Source of the DNA: Eledone cirrhosa
Taxonomy: Eukaryota
Reading direction: 5' to 3'
Length of the DNA: 64,000 nucleotides
Assembly: GCA_964016885.1 (NCBI GenBank)
Contig: OZ024755.1
Span: 24,366,001-24,430,000, forward strand
Positions 28,425 through 40,134 of the stretch are shown piece by piece; position 1 is the stretch's first letter, and every line of letters begins with the position of its first letter. The translations under genes were made by a program, and so were the position numbers. The notes below the pieces were generated by a model. That model ran no database searches. It worked only from the letters and a program-made list of their open reading frames with translations, and was not told where the DNA came from.

Positions 28425-28697
28425 AACGAGAAAGCTCATTTGGCCGGTGCTTATCCCGGTTTCATGGCGTGAAGCGACTGAGAGTACAAGATTCCCTACT
28501 GGACAAGACGCCAGTCTATCGCAGGGTTTAAACTCCCAGCTAATGCTGGTACTCATTTTAAGCTGAGTATACTGGAGCAACGTGAAATGAAGTGTTTTGC
28601 TGAAGAACACAACACGCAACCTAGGAATCGAACCAGGAATCGATACGACATAATGATCGTAAGTCCAACACCCTTACCACTAGACCACGTGCCTCCA
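28425..28697 (-). mobile_element. tRNA-derived SINE, family B
   Basis: Colinear with 4472-4720. Confidence 0.7.
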
Positions 28698-28698
28698 C

Positions 28699-28782
<84 letters not shown>

Positions 28783-28936
28783 GATTAATATAGAAATGAA
28801 TACTACAGGACTAGAACTGTTTCAATCAAAATAAATCATTTCTTTTGAATGAAACAGTTCTAGTCCTGTAGAATGGTCTCACACAGACAACAACAACAAC
28901 AATAACTCACACACACATACACACACATATTAATGA

Positions 28937-28983
<47 letters not shown>

Positions 28984-29169
28984 TAAGAATATATATATAT
29001 ATATATATATATTTAGAAGTGAAGCATATCAATTTGTCTCTGGATGTTTACTGAGGAGAGCGGGACATGATATTCCTACACTTATTTAACTCGAAACATA
29101 TTTGGATCTTAAAGTCTAAACTTATCTACGGAACAGGTTTGATTTTGAAATTTAAATGTGTCTAAACAT

Positions 29170-29905
29170 CACGGCCTTTTGGCAATACAGTTCGTCTCCG
29201 TTGATTTATTATTTTAAATCGATATGGACAAACTGTAGTATAATAATTAGTATACTTCAATCTGGCTAAATTTTTCTTTTGCAATATATATACAGATGTG
29301 TTGGTATCTGTGTTTCATCACATACATATTAATTTATTTATATATATATATATATATACATATATGTATATATATATTTCCTTATGGGGTTGAAATGACT
29401 TACCGATATGCCCACATATATGCAGGTCTCATTTTGACGATGTTGATTCATTGAAAAGACTTCAGCTTCGTATATTATCACTGGGGTATTGCATTGTTGA
29501 TCCAGTGGGCATGACTCTGATCTTTTACACGAACATCCCTATCTTTGGTGACTCTGGTGTTTATTTAGGAGGTATGATTTCATGTTTCTGGCACAGGAAT
29601 ATCATGGTTTAAAATATGGTGGTATCTATGTCATATGTGTATATATATGATAGCTAAAGATGTTTGCCTATATTAATTTTAACATTCAAACATTCAATGA
29701 GAAGGGAGAGGAGAACATAATTATGGATCTGTGCCTAAGTTTTTTCTTATTACTTTTAGGAGAATGGACCGGAGAGTAGGAAATATTCTCTGAGAAGCCA
29801 TTATTGCTTAAGGCTGTATGAGGCTACCCTAGTATGAGGCTACCCTATCAAAGATAGCTTTGTTTGATGAGAGGTTAGAGATCCGTTTACTAATATTCTG
29901 TAAGC
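29170..29905 (-). mobile_element. Penelope-like element (Neptune type) ORF remnant: RT C-terminus, linker and GIY-YIG start
   Basis: Minus-strand pieces NISKRISNLSSNKAIFDRVA, RHRSIIMFSSPFSLNV..NIGK and GCSCKRSESCPLDQQCNTPVIIYEAEV...YVG match the Neptune Cys-rich linker and GIY-YIG pattern; frameshifted and split by (TA)n. Confidence 0.7.
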
Positions 29906-29909
29906 TAAA

Positions 29910-30100
29910 CCAAAGGAAATTTCCGGTGCTGGAAAGAACGTTTCGTGTTTTAACATCAATGGTTCGGATCTCATCAAGTGTCCAGTCATGTAGTCTAAAT
30001 ATCGGTGTCAGTACAGTACAGGCACAGCAAACACTGATTTATTGAGCACAGAGTTCCGAAGACCTTATTTTTCTTGTGTATGTGTTATCTCTTTCTCTTA
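29910..30100 (-). mobile_element. R4/Dong-like RT-thumb fragment
   Basis: TRKIRSSEL...VFAVPVLTPIFRLHDWTLDEIRTIDVKTRNVLSSTGNF. Confidence 0.65.
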
Positions 30101-30109
30101 ATTTCGAGT

Positions 30110-31175
30110 ATATTTTTTTGACCGTCCACCTTCCTGGTGGCAAGGTTGTAAAAGAAAAGAAATTGTCATCCCTTGAATCGCAAGAATGTTTTGCAAATTT
30201 TGAAGGTGCCAGCTATCGCAGCCATTTGTTGACTATGAATTAGGGAGCTGCGCTCTTTGTCCGAAAATCCAAGTTCAGTCATACTTTGGTCCAAGCGGGT
30301 TGGTATATTACCCGTAGCTCCAATAATGATGGGTATGAAGCTAAAGGTGTATCTTGGATACTGGATTAGTAAACCCCTCATCAATGGTACGTAGATGTCC
30401 TCCTTTTCCTGTATTTTTCTGACAACGTTTACATCAAGTGGACAGCTGATCTCCACAACAGAACACGTTTTCAATGCGTGGTCCCAAACAACAATATCAG
30501 GCCGGTTGTGCTTTAATTTGGTGGCAGTTTTTATTTTCAGGTTCCACCAGTATTCCTTAGTGCCATCTGTCTCAATATATTCTTCCTCGTTTGTTGTTAA
30601 TTTTGTTTTCCGAAGTGCGTTCCAGATGGTTCTAGCTATCCCATCGTATCTCATGGGGAGGTAGTAGCGAGATGACACTCTTTCGCAGCTGGCAACAATG
30701 TAGCTTACATCCTCGATCTTTGTTTTACATAGCCTACATTTATTGTCAGCTGATGGCCCTCCCCTTTTATGCAGCAGATATTTGGCAGGGAGTTCTTGTT
30801 CCTGTATTGCATAGAGATATCCCTCAAGGTGTGATGTCATAAACTTGTCGGAACTCCATGCCAGGCTTTTTGAGTGGTTTATCCCCTTTATGGTCTGTGT
30901 TTTACGTCTCAAGTATCCATGCACAACTTTTTCTGTAAATTGGTCATTTTTTTTTATCTTATTGAATAGGATCTTCCGATTTCTCTGGGTGAGAGATTTA
31001 TATCAGGCTTTATTCCATATCTCTCCTCCAGATCAGTGGCTATTCTAATGATATTTTTTTTTCATGCTCATAAACCTGGGAAAGATGGTTGCTAACCTTT
31101 TTCCTCTGTTGAAGATGTTGCTTCAGTGTTACTATCCGGGTCTCATATGATGTTAATATGGATTTTAGACCCCGA
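30110..31175 (-). mobile_element. R4/Dong-like non-LTR retrotransposon 3' part (CCHC knuckle plus restriction-like endonuclease)
   Basis: ORF 30166-30924 contains CRLC..EDVSYIVASC, RYDGIA, RPDIVVWD and VVEISCP (PD-D/ExK-type RLE). Upstream piece RGLKSILTSYE; 5' end abuts (CATA)n; short A-run at the 3' end. Confidence 0.85.
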
Positions 31176-31974
31176 TGTATGTTTGTATGTATGTATGTAT
31201 GTATGTATGTATGTATGTACGTATGCATGTATGTATGTATGTATGTATGTATGTATGTATGTATGTATGTATGTATGTATGTATGTATGTACGTATGTAC
31301 GCACGAACGTATGTATGTACGTATGTGTATATCCATACATGCATGTAAGTATGTATGTACGTACGTATGTATGTACGTACGTATGTATGTACGTGCGTAT
31401 GTACGTACGCATGTATGTGTGTATGTATATATGCATGTATGTGTTGTCTTCACATTAATGATTGTTGAATCAACAAAAATGCAGGGGATTTTAAATGGTG
31501 AATTTATTCAAATTGTCGCTTCTCTTCAACAATATTTATATGCCTTCGCTTAACACCAACACTAATAATAGCTGGCTTTGATGACAGAGATTACTAGATT
31601 CTTTTTCTTCTTCTTCTTCTTCTTCTTCTTCTTCTTCTTCTTCTTCTTCTTCGTCTTCTTCTTCGTTTTCCACCACCACCAATACCACCATGCTTATACA
31701 TTCCGTCTTTGGTTTCTCCAGAATCCTTATCAAAAAAAGAGTTTGGTAGAGTCTTGGGTTGTGTAATGACATGACTATCTTCCTAGTACTAATTGTCATG
31801 ATAAATTGCACCTAGTGCACTCTGTAAATGTAGAGACAAATGTAAATGAGGTGTTGGCTTCTGGTCCTACAGTGACTGATTAAGTACTGACATGTTTTGG
31901 GATGACACCTCAACCCTTGTTAGCAGGGGAAAATGGACGCTAAAGGATGATGATGATGATGATGATGATGATGT

Positions 31975-32012
<38 letters not shown>

Positions 32013-32315
32013 GTGATGATGATCACGATGATGATGACGTTGTTGGTGATGAAGATGATGATGATGACGACGACGACGATGATGATGATGATGATGATGA
32101 CGATGATGTTGGTGATGATGATGATCTTGATGATGATGTTGATGATGACGACGATGTTGATAATAATGATGATGATGATGATGACGGTTGTGTAGGCGTC
32201 AATAACAACAGGACATGTTTTTTTAAAAAAGTATTTGTTGTTATTTTAATTTAAATAAAAGACACCATTGTTTATTATTTCACACGTACGTCATCAAATC
32301 TTGGATTCTATCTTC

Positions 32316-33016
32316 CTTTTATTTTTTTATTTTTATTTTTTTTAAACACTTTAGTCTTTATTGTGTTCTATCAGATGAAAGAATGGTATTTAATTAATGT
32401 ATTGGTACACGATGGGGCCCACCCACAGCCCCGGCGGACAGAATAGAGAAGGCGTTTCCTCGGAGGACGGCAAGGGAGACGCGCTGGAAAAGCCACTCCA
32501 ACTCGCGGGGCTTACACCTGCGGCTGGCCAGCTCAGCGCCTATGGTGGTGAGTAAGGAGGTAGCCCTGGGGCCGAGGACACCAGAAGTCTCCACTGCCAG
32601 GGGAACGACCGCAAACCTGTCGGAGAGCGACCGGTATTTGAGGAGTTTGGCCACCTCAGCCCGACGTGAAGCAGAACCTGGGTCAATCGCAGACTGCACC
32701 AGGTTGCGGCTGCAGAAAGTGTCGGTGCAAGTGGCATCCCAGACAAGGGGTTTGCCACCGCGGAACGGGAAGATGGTCATGCCATCTGGCCTTTTGCCGT
32801 CCCCTCGATCCAGCCCCACCGGCTCAAGCTGGGAAGGGAAGCCTGCAGCGTCCAGCCATGCTTAATGACCTCGATGAGGGCAGCATGGCGTGGAATGCGG
32901 CCGGCACTGTGGCGACAGGAAAGCGGGTGGAGGCCGAAAGAGTCCACGGTGGAACCGCAGCGACATTGGTGTGGCTGGCAGATCCGGAGGCCGAGCCTCA
33001 GGGAAACGCCGATTCG
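32316..33016 (-). mobile_element. CRE-clade non-LTR retrotransposon, 5'-truncated, with A-rich tail
   Basis: [16 protein letters not shown]...HPLSC...RH zinc knuckle, one frameshift, then [15 protein letters not shown]...LVWDATCTDT...PLAVETSG...QRVSLAVLRGNA; AATAAA and A-rich tail; much more GC-rich than the flanks. Confidence 0.88.
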
Positions 33017-33110
33017 TCAGAAGAAACAAGAATGAAACACCTACAATTTCTTAATTCTCATAAACATTCCTATATTTACATTAACATTAATAGGTGCTGC
33101 TGTTGTTGTT

Positions 33111-33141
<31 letters not shown>

Positions 33142-33216
33142 GTGGTGGTGGTGTCATAGTCGTCGCTATTATAGTAGTGGTTGTTGCTGCTGCAACTGCT
33201 GCTGCGGATGCTGCTG

Positions 33217-33266
<50 letters not shown>

Positions 33267-33589
33267 GCTGCTGCTGCTGTTGCTGCTGCTGCTGGTGTTG
33301 TTGTTGTTGTTGTTGATGCTCCTGCTACTACTACTACTACTACAACTACTACTACTACAACTAGTACTGCTGCTGCTACTACTGTTATTACTACTACTAC
33401 CACCACTACCGCCACCACTACCACTACTACTACTACTACTACTACTAGCCTCAACATTGTGTCCTTACATCATTTTCTTCAATTACGATCAATTTTCTAA
33501 AGTTCCATGCCAAACTCCAATTTTATTACACACCGGAAATAAACCACTTATTCCTCATGCAATCGCCTTCTTTTACCATTGTATTTATA

Positions 33590-33795
33590 ATTGAGAATTT
33601 GTAACAGTTTAAATCGTATTTCTGATCTACATGAACCAAGATTATTGATATCCACAGGCGATTCCCAAAAACATAAGAAGTTTTAAACAGTCGGTAGCTA
33701 ACCTCTTCATCAAGAATGCTGGTTCTAGAGAGAGTATAACCCAAGTAGACGAACTTATCCATAACCTTCAATATTTTCCATTTGACAGATATGGA
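33590..33795 (-). mobile_element. RTE-clade RT fragment
   Basis: ILKVMDKFVYLGYTLSRTSILDEEVSYRL..SYVFG (RT domain 7 and thumb). Confidence 0.7.
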
Positions 33796-33802
33796 TGGAC
33801 AC

Positions 33803-34375
33803 AGTGATTGGAGAGATGTGAAATAAAGTGTTTTGCTCAAGGACTCAGTGGTCTGAAGCAAGGTGAAATAAAATGTCTTGATCAAGGACACAGGGGACTG
33901 GAGCAACGTGAAATAAAGTGTCTTGCTCAAGGACACAGTAAACTGGAGCAACGTGAAATAAGGTGTCTTGCTCAAGGACACAGTGGACTGGAGCAACGTA
34001 AAATAAAGTGTCTTACTCAAGGACACAGTGGACTGGAGCAACGTAAAATAAAGTGTCTTACTCAAGGAGACAGTGGACTGGAGCAACGTAAAATAAAGTG
34101 TCTTGCTTAAGGATACAGTGAATTGTAGCAAAGTGAAATAAAGTGCTTTGCTTAAGGACCAAGTAAACTGGAGCAACGTGAAATAAAGTGTCTTATTTAA
34201 AGACACAGTGGACTTGAGCGTCGTGAAATAAAGTGTCTTGCTCAAGGACACAGTGGACTGAAGCAACGTGAAATAAGGTGTCTTGCTTAAGGACACAGTG
34301 GACTAAAGCAACATGAAATAAAGGACACAGTATATAGGAGCAACGTAAAATAAAGTGTCTTGCTCAAGGACACAA
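33803..34375 (-). repeat. 45 bp minisatellite (~12-13 copies) made from the family B SINE core
   Basis: Unit GTGGACTGGAGCAACGTGAAATAAAGTGTCTTGCTCAAGGACACA; continues into a SINE head at 34375-34440. Confidence 0.9.
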
Positions 34376-35612
34376 CTCGCTACTGGGAATTGAGCTCATG
34401 ATCCTACAATCGTTAGCCGAAACTCCCAACCACTAAGCAACAAGTTAAGCGTATTAGAAATGAAATATATTATGGAAAATTACACCAATATATTACTGGT
34501 AACGTTCCCAGATCATCAGTTAGCCATTCTCAACAACTGGGGAAAATTAGAAACATTAGATTGTGTCTTGGGAGCGCCGTCATAATATAAGGTGTGTCTT
34601 GTACATTTTTAAAACATAAGGAAGTGTGAAAATTTAATTTAAGGTTCACAGCAGCACTAGAGCTCCACTAGCTAGTAACCAAAACGGACCCTTGACTTTA
34701 TAAGACACAGGGTGATTTTCTGGAAGGTTTTTATGAAATAAAAGTGCGTCTTATAAGCCGTCAAATATTGTATATTGTATGAGTGGAACTGACTTATTTT
34801 TGTTTGTCTAACTTATATCCCCTAAATCGAGGTTTTGGCTTAAACATATGTTTAAATACTTCTGAGTTGATAATTATTTTTTTTATTGAGATGTCTAACT
34901 ATATTAAAAAGGATAAAAATGATAAAGATCCCATAACTCCTTGTGGAGTCGAGGAGGCACCGTCATATGGCGTGTCTAGAGCACTTTTAACTGTAGCGGA
35001 GCCCAACCCTCTCCAGGTCTGAACACAGCCGATTTTTTTCTATGGAGGAAGAATCGACCCCAGTACTGGACTGGTACTATTTTATCGACATCGAAAGGCA
35101 AAGTTGACCATGGTGGGATTTGAACTCAGAACGAGCAATGATGGGGGACGAATACCGTAAAGCATTCTATCCGATGTCTTAACGACTCTGCCAATTCGCT
35201 ACATTAGAGACAAATAATATCTGATTGATATTTTGCTACTCCTTAATTGTTGAGTATATTTAGTTAGGTTTGGAGGTGCTATTTCTAGCGTCAATAAAAT
35301 CTTGTATATTCCTGATATATATAGAGAGATGTTCATTTAGTAGTTGAATGGCGCACACCATCGAACACAACATGCTGCTTCGACAACGATATGGTCTGTA
35401 TGCTATCTATTCAATATTTCCTGTACTTCCAAAGAATTTCCCCCTGAAGACGGAATATTTCTTCCAATATTCGTTGTCTGGATTTATTGAGATAATTAGT
35501 ACTGTTTCTTAATTCCGGTACCAATGTAAGCACTCGATGCGCAGGCAGAGATTATATAATTAAAAAAAAAACATGAAGTTTTGTTTATATGTATTTATAT
35601 TTTTATTGAGTA

Positions 35613-36095
35613 CTAGCAGTGGTACCCGGCGTTGCACGGAATAAGGTATTTTGAAACGCGGCCCACCAACAGACCTAATCGAGGAAAAACTGCATGCCTG
35701 GACAATATGTAAAGAAAATAAACCGAATACTCTGGTTGCTGGATAATCTTTAAGATTTTCCTCGATGAAGCAGGAAAAATGCAGGTTTTCACCTAAGGGG
35801 ATCAAGAAAATGAATTTTTTTGTGTGCATAATATGTCCTGAAATTTCGGGAAAATCGGCTAGACGTAACACCTCAAAAAAGCCCTAGAAAGCTGAAAGAA
35901 ATGAAGTTTTTCACCTAATGCGGGCCCTAGGTCATAAAAAAGTTGGTTTTTCTTTTCTCGCGGTATGAAGAAGAGACTAACTAATACATAGTTACAATTT
36001 CAAGGAAATCCGTCTGACATAACGCCTCAAAAAGCCCCTAAAAAGCTGGAAAAAACGCAGTTTTTCACCTACTTCTCGAGTTTTAGGGATTCAAA

Positions 36096-36181
<86 letters not shown>

Positions 36182-36207
36182 GACATCCTCAGTTATATAT
36201 ATATAGA
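35613..36207 (-). mobile_element. Non-autonomous Helitron-like element
   Basis: Minus strand reads A|TC... at the 5' end and ...CTAG|T at the 3' end; subterminal GC hairpin CCCGGCGTTGCACGG; internal (CA)n. Confidence 0.65.
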
Positions 36208-36304
36208 TCACCATGTTACACGCGTTTCGCAGATGAGTGACTCAAGGTCCCCCATGGAAGTTATGGATTCAACTCCAGTATCGATCTGCTAATCAGATTG
36301 GTGA
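36208..36304 (-). ncRNA. Type I hammerhead motif with long stem II insert (core variant CTGATTA)
   Basis: TCACCAAT-CTGATTA-GCAGAT..ATCTGC-GAAA-CGCGTG-TA-ACATGGTGA. Confidence 0.5.
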
Positions 36305-36712
36305 TTCAACAAAAATAAAGCGTTTGTGGTGATCGGTAAAATGTTGGGTATATTTAAACATCAACCCTATTTTTTTTTTGCGTGGGTGTGTACGAATGTA
36401 AGCCTAGTCTTTGAGTATATATATATATATATATATATATAAATGGAAAAAAATGAAACGAAATTTCATTTCTCACTCTTAGTACGGTTGTTACTTAAAT
36501 ATAAGTATGTATACGTACATACATATATGTATACAGACGTACAGTAGTATGTATATATATACATACATGCACACATATATATATGTACGTATCGTTTTTA
36601 CCGAACATTTATTATAATGCTCGGTTTGTTTGTAAACAAACAAACAGCCCGAATTAAGCCGTACAGTGTTTAGCAACCATCGTTGCCCTTTTGTTCAACA
36701 CTGACAAAGGAA

Positions 36713-36753
36713 CGATGTACTAGTTTCAAGCTTATTAGCTATCGTCAGCATCG
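36713..36753 (-). ncRNA. Canonical minimal type I hammerhead ribozyme motif
   Basis: CGATG-CTGACGA-TAGCT-AATA-AGCTT-GAAA-CTAG-TA-CATCG: intact core, 5 bp stem I, 4 bp stem II, palindromic stem III, GUA site. Confidence 0.8.
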
Positions 36754-36970
36754 TATACCTTCCTGCCAGATGATTGAACGTCTGAAAGTATATACTTTCC
36801 TTATGCATATTAAGGGGCTGTTTGTTTGTTTACAAACAAACCGAGCATTTAATAAATGTTCGGTAAAAACGATACGTACATATATATATATATATGTGTG
36901 TGCATGTATGTATATATATATATACATACTACTGTACGTCTGTATACATATATGTATGTACGTATACATA

Positions 36971-37049
<79 letters not shown>

Positions 37050-37051
<2 letters not shown>

Positions 37052-37094
37052 CCTGATGATTTCTTATGAATGAAACAGTTCTAGTCCTGTAGAA
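37050..37094 (+). ncRNA. Type I hammerhead ribozyme motif
   Basis: TTC-CTGATGA-TTTCTTATGAAT-GAAA-CAG-TTCTAGTC-CTG-TA-GAA; paralogues at 47869-47918 (core CCGATGA) and 28845-28873 (3' half). Confidence 0.65.
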
Positions 37095-37524
37095 TCTCAT
37101 CTATATTAAAACTGTTATACTCTGCTATGTATTGAGTACCTTACTTACTGTGGTTACCTCCGTTTCAACCCGGAATAACGTATATATATATATATATATA
37201 TATGCTTGTGTGTTCTATTGTGAGTGTGTGAAGACTGGAATGGTTGATGGTCAGCCAGGCATCCACTATCAGGTAATGCCAGACAGACAACACAATATTC
37301 ATAACAGGTTATAGGACGATGAACTCCCTCGACAGGATGGTGTGGAATTTGGTACTGTTTGACTTTGGTGTCAGGTTACAATTGCCCGCCAGGCGACAAC
37401 AACACCGACATCAACATTAACAACAATAACAACGACGACACCAACATCAACAAAACAGCTACAGCAACATCGATAATAACAGCAGCGTTGGCAACGACGA
37501 CACCACCAACAGCAATAACACTAA

Positions 37525-37876
37525 CTTTATCGACCCCGGAAGGATGAAAGGCAAAGCTAACCTCGGTAGGATTTGAACTCAGATCGTAAATGGTCGTAAC
37601 TATGCCACAAGACCCATGGTCCGACGCTCTACCGATACTGACAATCCACCGAATAATAGTGATGATAATAACAATTATTATTTCTTTATTGGCCGGTGGA
37701 TTGGCAGTATCAGTAGCGGGTCGGACGCCATGCTTTCCAGCATAGTTATGTCCCTTTATGTTCTGAGTTCAAATCCCGCCGAGGTTGACTTTGCCTTTCA
37801 TCCTTCATCGATAAAATAAAGTACCAGTAATGCACTGGTTAATTGCTGGCCTTGTGCCTAAAGTAGAAACAATTAT
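37525..37876. mobile_element. Head-to-head pair of family A SINEs (37525-37650 minus; 37692-37876 plus)
   Basis: Core and B-box motifs in opposite orientations about 40 bp apart. Confidence 0.7.
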
Positions 37877-38515
37877 TTCTTTATTGGCCACAAGGACCGA
37901 TACATGAAGGACAATAAAAAAAAAACAGGGACAGTTGGAGTTTATATAAAATCGAGTAAAAAAGGATAACAATAAAATTCGCCAATAGGGGGAATACCAC
38001 ACAATGGTGACTTTAAAGTATGGATTGCTGCTATGCAGTGATATCTATCCTGTGGTTAGATTGACCAATGATCTTTTAGAACCGTTCAACATCATGTGCT
38101 CGGTCCGCCAAGGTTGTTCCTTCTCGTTCCTGTTGTATGTATTGACCCTAGAGCCAATACTGCACAAATTAGAGTTGTTGAAGGGTATCCTGCGCGAATT
38201 AGGACATGGGAGATCTGTGTCAGCTTATGCCAACGACGTCACTGTCGAACATTGAACACATTGAGGTGATCGGCACTCCTCCGAGGGAATACGAAGCGCT
38301 GAAAGGTACTGATGGTCGACCCTATCGAATGCTTTTGATTGATCTAAATTGATCAGTGCCTCATCTGTGTCAGGTTCCTTAGCCACCCTTTCTCTGATGT
38401 AGCACATAAAGTGGGGTTGTCGTTGATGGACCTGTTTGGAATGGCACATGTCTACGTCTCTCCTATCAGACCACCGACGACAAGCGCCAGCCTCGTCGCT
38501 AACACCTTGGCCAGT
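37876..38515 (-). mobile_element. Tx1/L1-like LINE remnant with internal inversion
   Basis: Minus 38300-38510 reads ALINLDQSKAFDRVDHQYL; plus 38004-38290 reads SVRQGCSFSFLLYVLTLEPIL..VSAYANDV; putative 3' tail with AATAAA on minus near 37885. Confidence 0.7.
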
Positions 38516-39094
38516 GGAAGAACTGTCTCCTTGATCCGATCTGACGATCTGCTCCTTTCTTTTCCTTTCCTAAAAGGAAAAAAAATCTCTTCGTGATCCA
38601 TAGGATTCCTTAAGCTTTCCATTACCATATTTCTAATGAAAGATACTGCCTATGATTTTTAAATACCTTTGGCAATGATAAAAAATATTGTAGAGATTTA
38701 GTAACATAATTAACTTATTACTAAGCTGTTGAGTGGAATTTAACAAAGATTCTTACAGAAAATTGTGATGGAACGTTTTTAGATAAATATAAATATTTTA
38801 AAATAAACAGCTTTAAATAGCAGAACCAGGGGCGGTTTCAGGTGGTTTGGTGTCAATAGGGTTAAATTTTCACTATTTTCACATATGAAACTACTACTAC
38901 TACTACTAAGTATGAATTACTATTTCAATACGTCATCGATACAATCAATCAATGGTACAGGTGACATAAATATTTCTCTCGCTTTTTATAAGCAAGGAAA
39001 ATAACTTTTACTATTATCACTTATAATCTTTATCACTTGTCTCCCTTGGACGTGAGGCGAAAATAAAAACACGATATCTAGGGGAAATAAGTAT

Positions 39095-39790
39095 TAATGT
39101 TTTCTGACTTAGGCAGAAGACCAACAATTTGGAGGGAGAGGAAAGTCAATTAAACCTACTCCAGTGCATTACTGGTACATTATATTATCGACAACGAAAG
39201 GATGAAAAGCAAATCGGGATTTGAATATAGAACATAAAGAGACGTAACTCTATGCTGCAAAGGAAATAAGTTTGGAAGTAAGGTAAAGTCGATTATATCG
39301 ACTCCATTACATGACTGGTAATTCATTTTATCGACCACTGAAAGGATTAAAGGCTGGATAAGGGTTAGGGTTAGGGTTAGGAAGGCATTGCTAATCTCAC
39401 CGTGAGTTGAATTCAAAACGTAAAGAGACGAAAATATATGCACAGCATGTTATCCGACGCTCTACCGATATTATCAATCTATAGCTCTTTTGTCAATAAT
39501 AATTGTTTCTACTTTTGGCATAAGGCCAGCAATTACCCCAGTGCATTACTGGTACTTTATTTTATCGACCCCGTAAGGATGAAAGGCAAAGTTAACCTCG
39601 GCGAGATTTGAACTCAGATCGTATAGGGCTATAACTCCGTGCTACAAAGCATGGCGTCTGACCCTCTACTGATACTGCCAATCCATCAATCAACTTTTGT
39701 CAATAATAATGGTTTCTGATTTAGGCACAAGGTGAAAAGTTGGGGGAGAGGAAAGTCGATTGAATCGACCATAGTGCGTTACTGGTACTT
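39095..39790 (-). mobile_element. Cluster of 3-4 family A SINE copies
   Basis: Repeated CTGGTAC...TCGAC...AAAGGATGAAAG cores; one copy is interrupted by (TTAGGG)3. Confidence 0.7.
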
Positions 39791-39842
39791 TATAATAGTA
39801 ATGATGATTTTGTTATTCACCATAAAGGTTAGCATCAAGAAA

Positions 39843-39959
<117 letters not shown>

Positions 39960-40134
39960 CGCGTGCGTGTGCGTGCGTGTGTATGTCGGTGTGTAGGTTT
40001 ACGTGTAAAGAGATTTAATGATAGTGAAAAAGAAAGGTAACAATAGAAATTAAAAAAGGGAATTCCTCAAAAAGGAGCAGACGTTCGATGGATGCTCGTA
40101 ACCCCCCCCCCATAAACGTACAGTACCCTGATCT

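Noticed and set aside
33526-34296. 256 aa ORF with 15 aa repeats
   Set aside because: Chance open frame through a SINE-core minisatellite fused to an RTE fragment.
39359-39381. (TTAGGG)3 telomeric-type repeat
   Set aside because: Only about three units inside a SINE; not a telomere or meaningful interstitial array.
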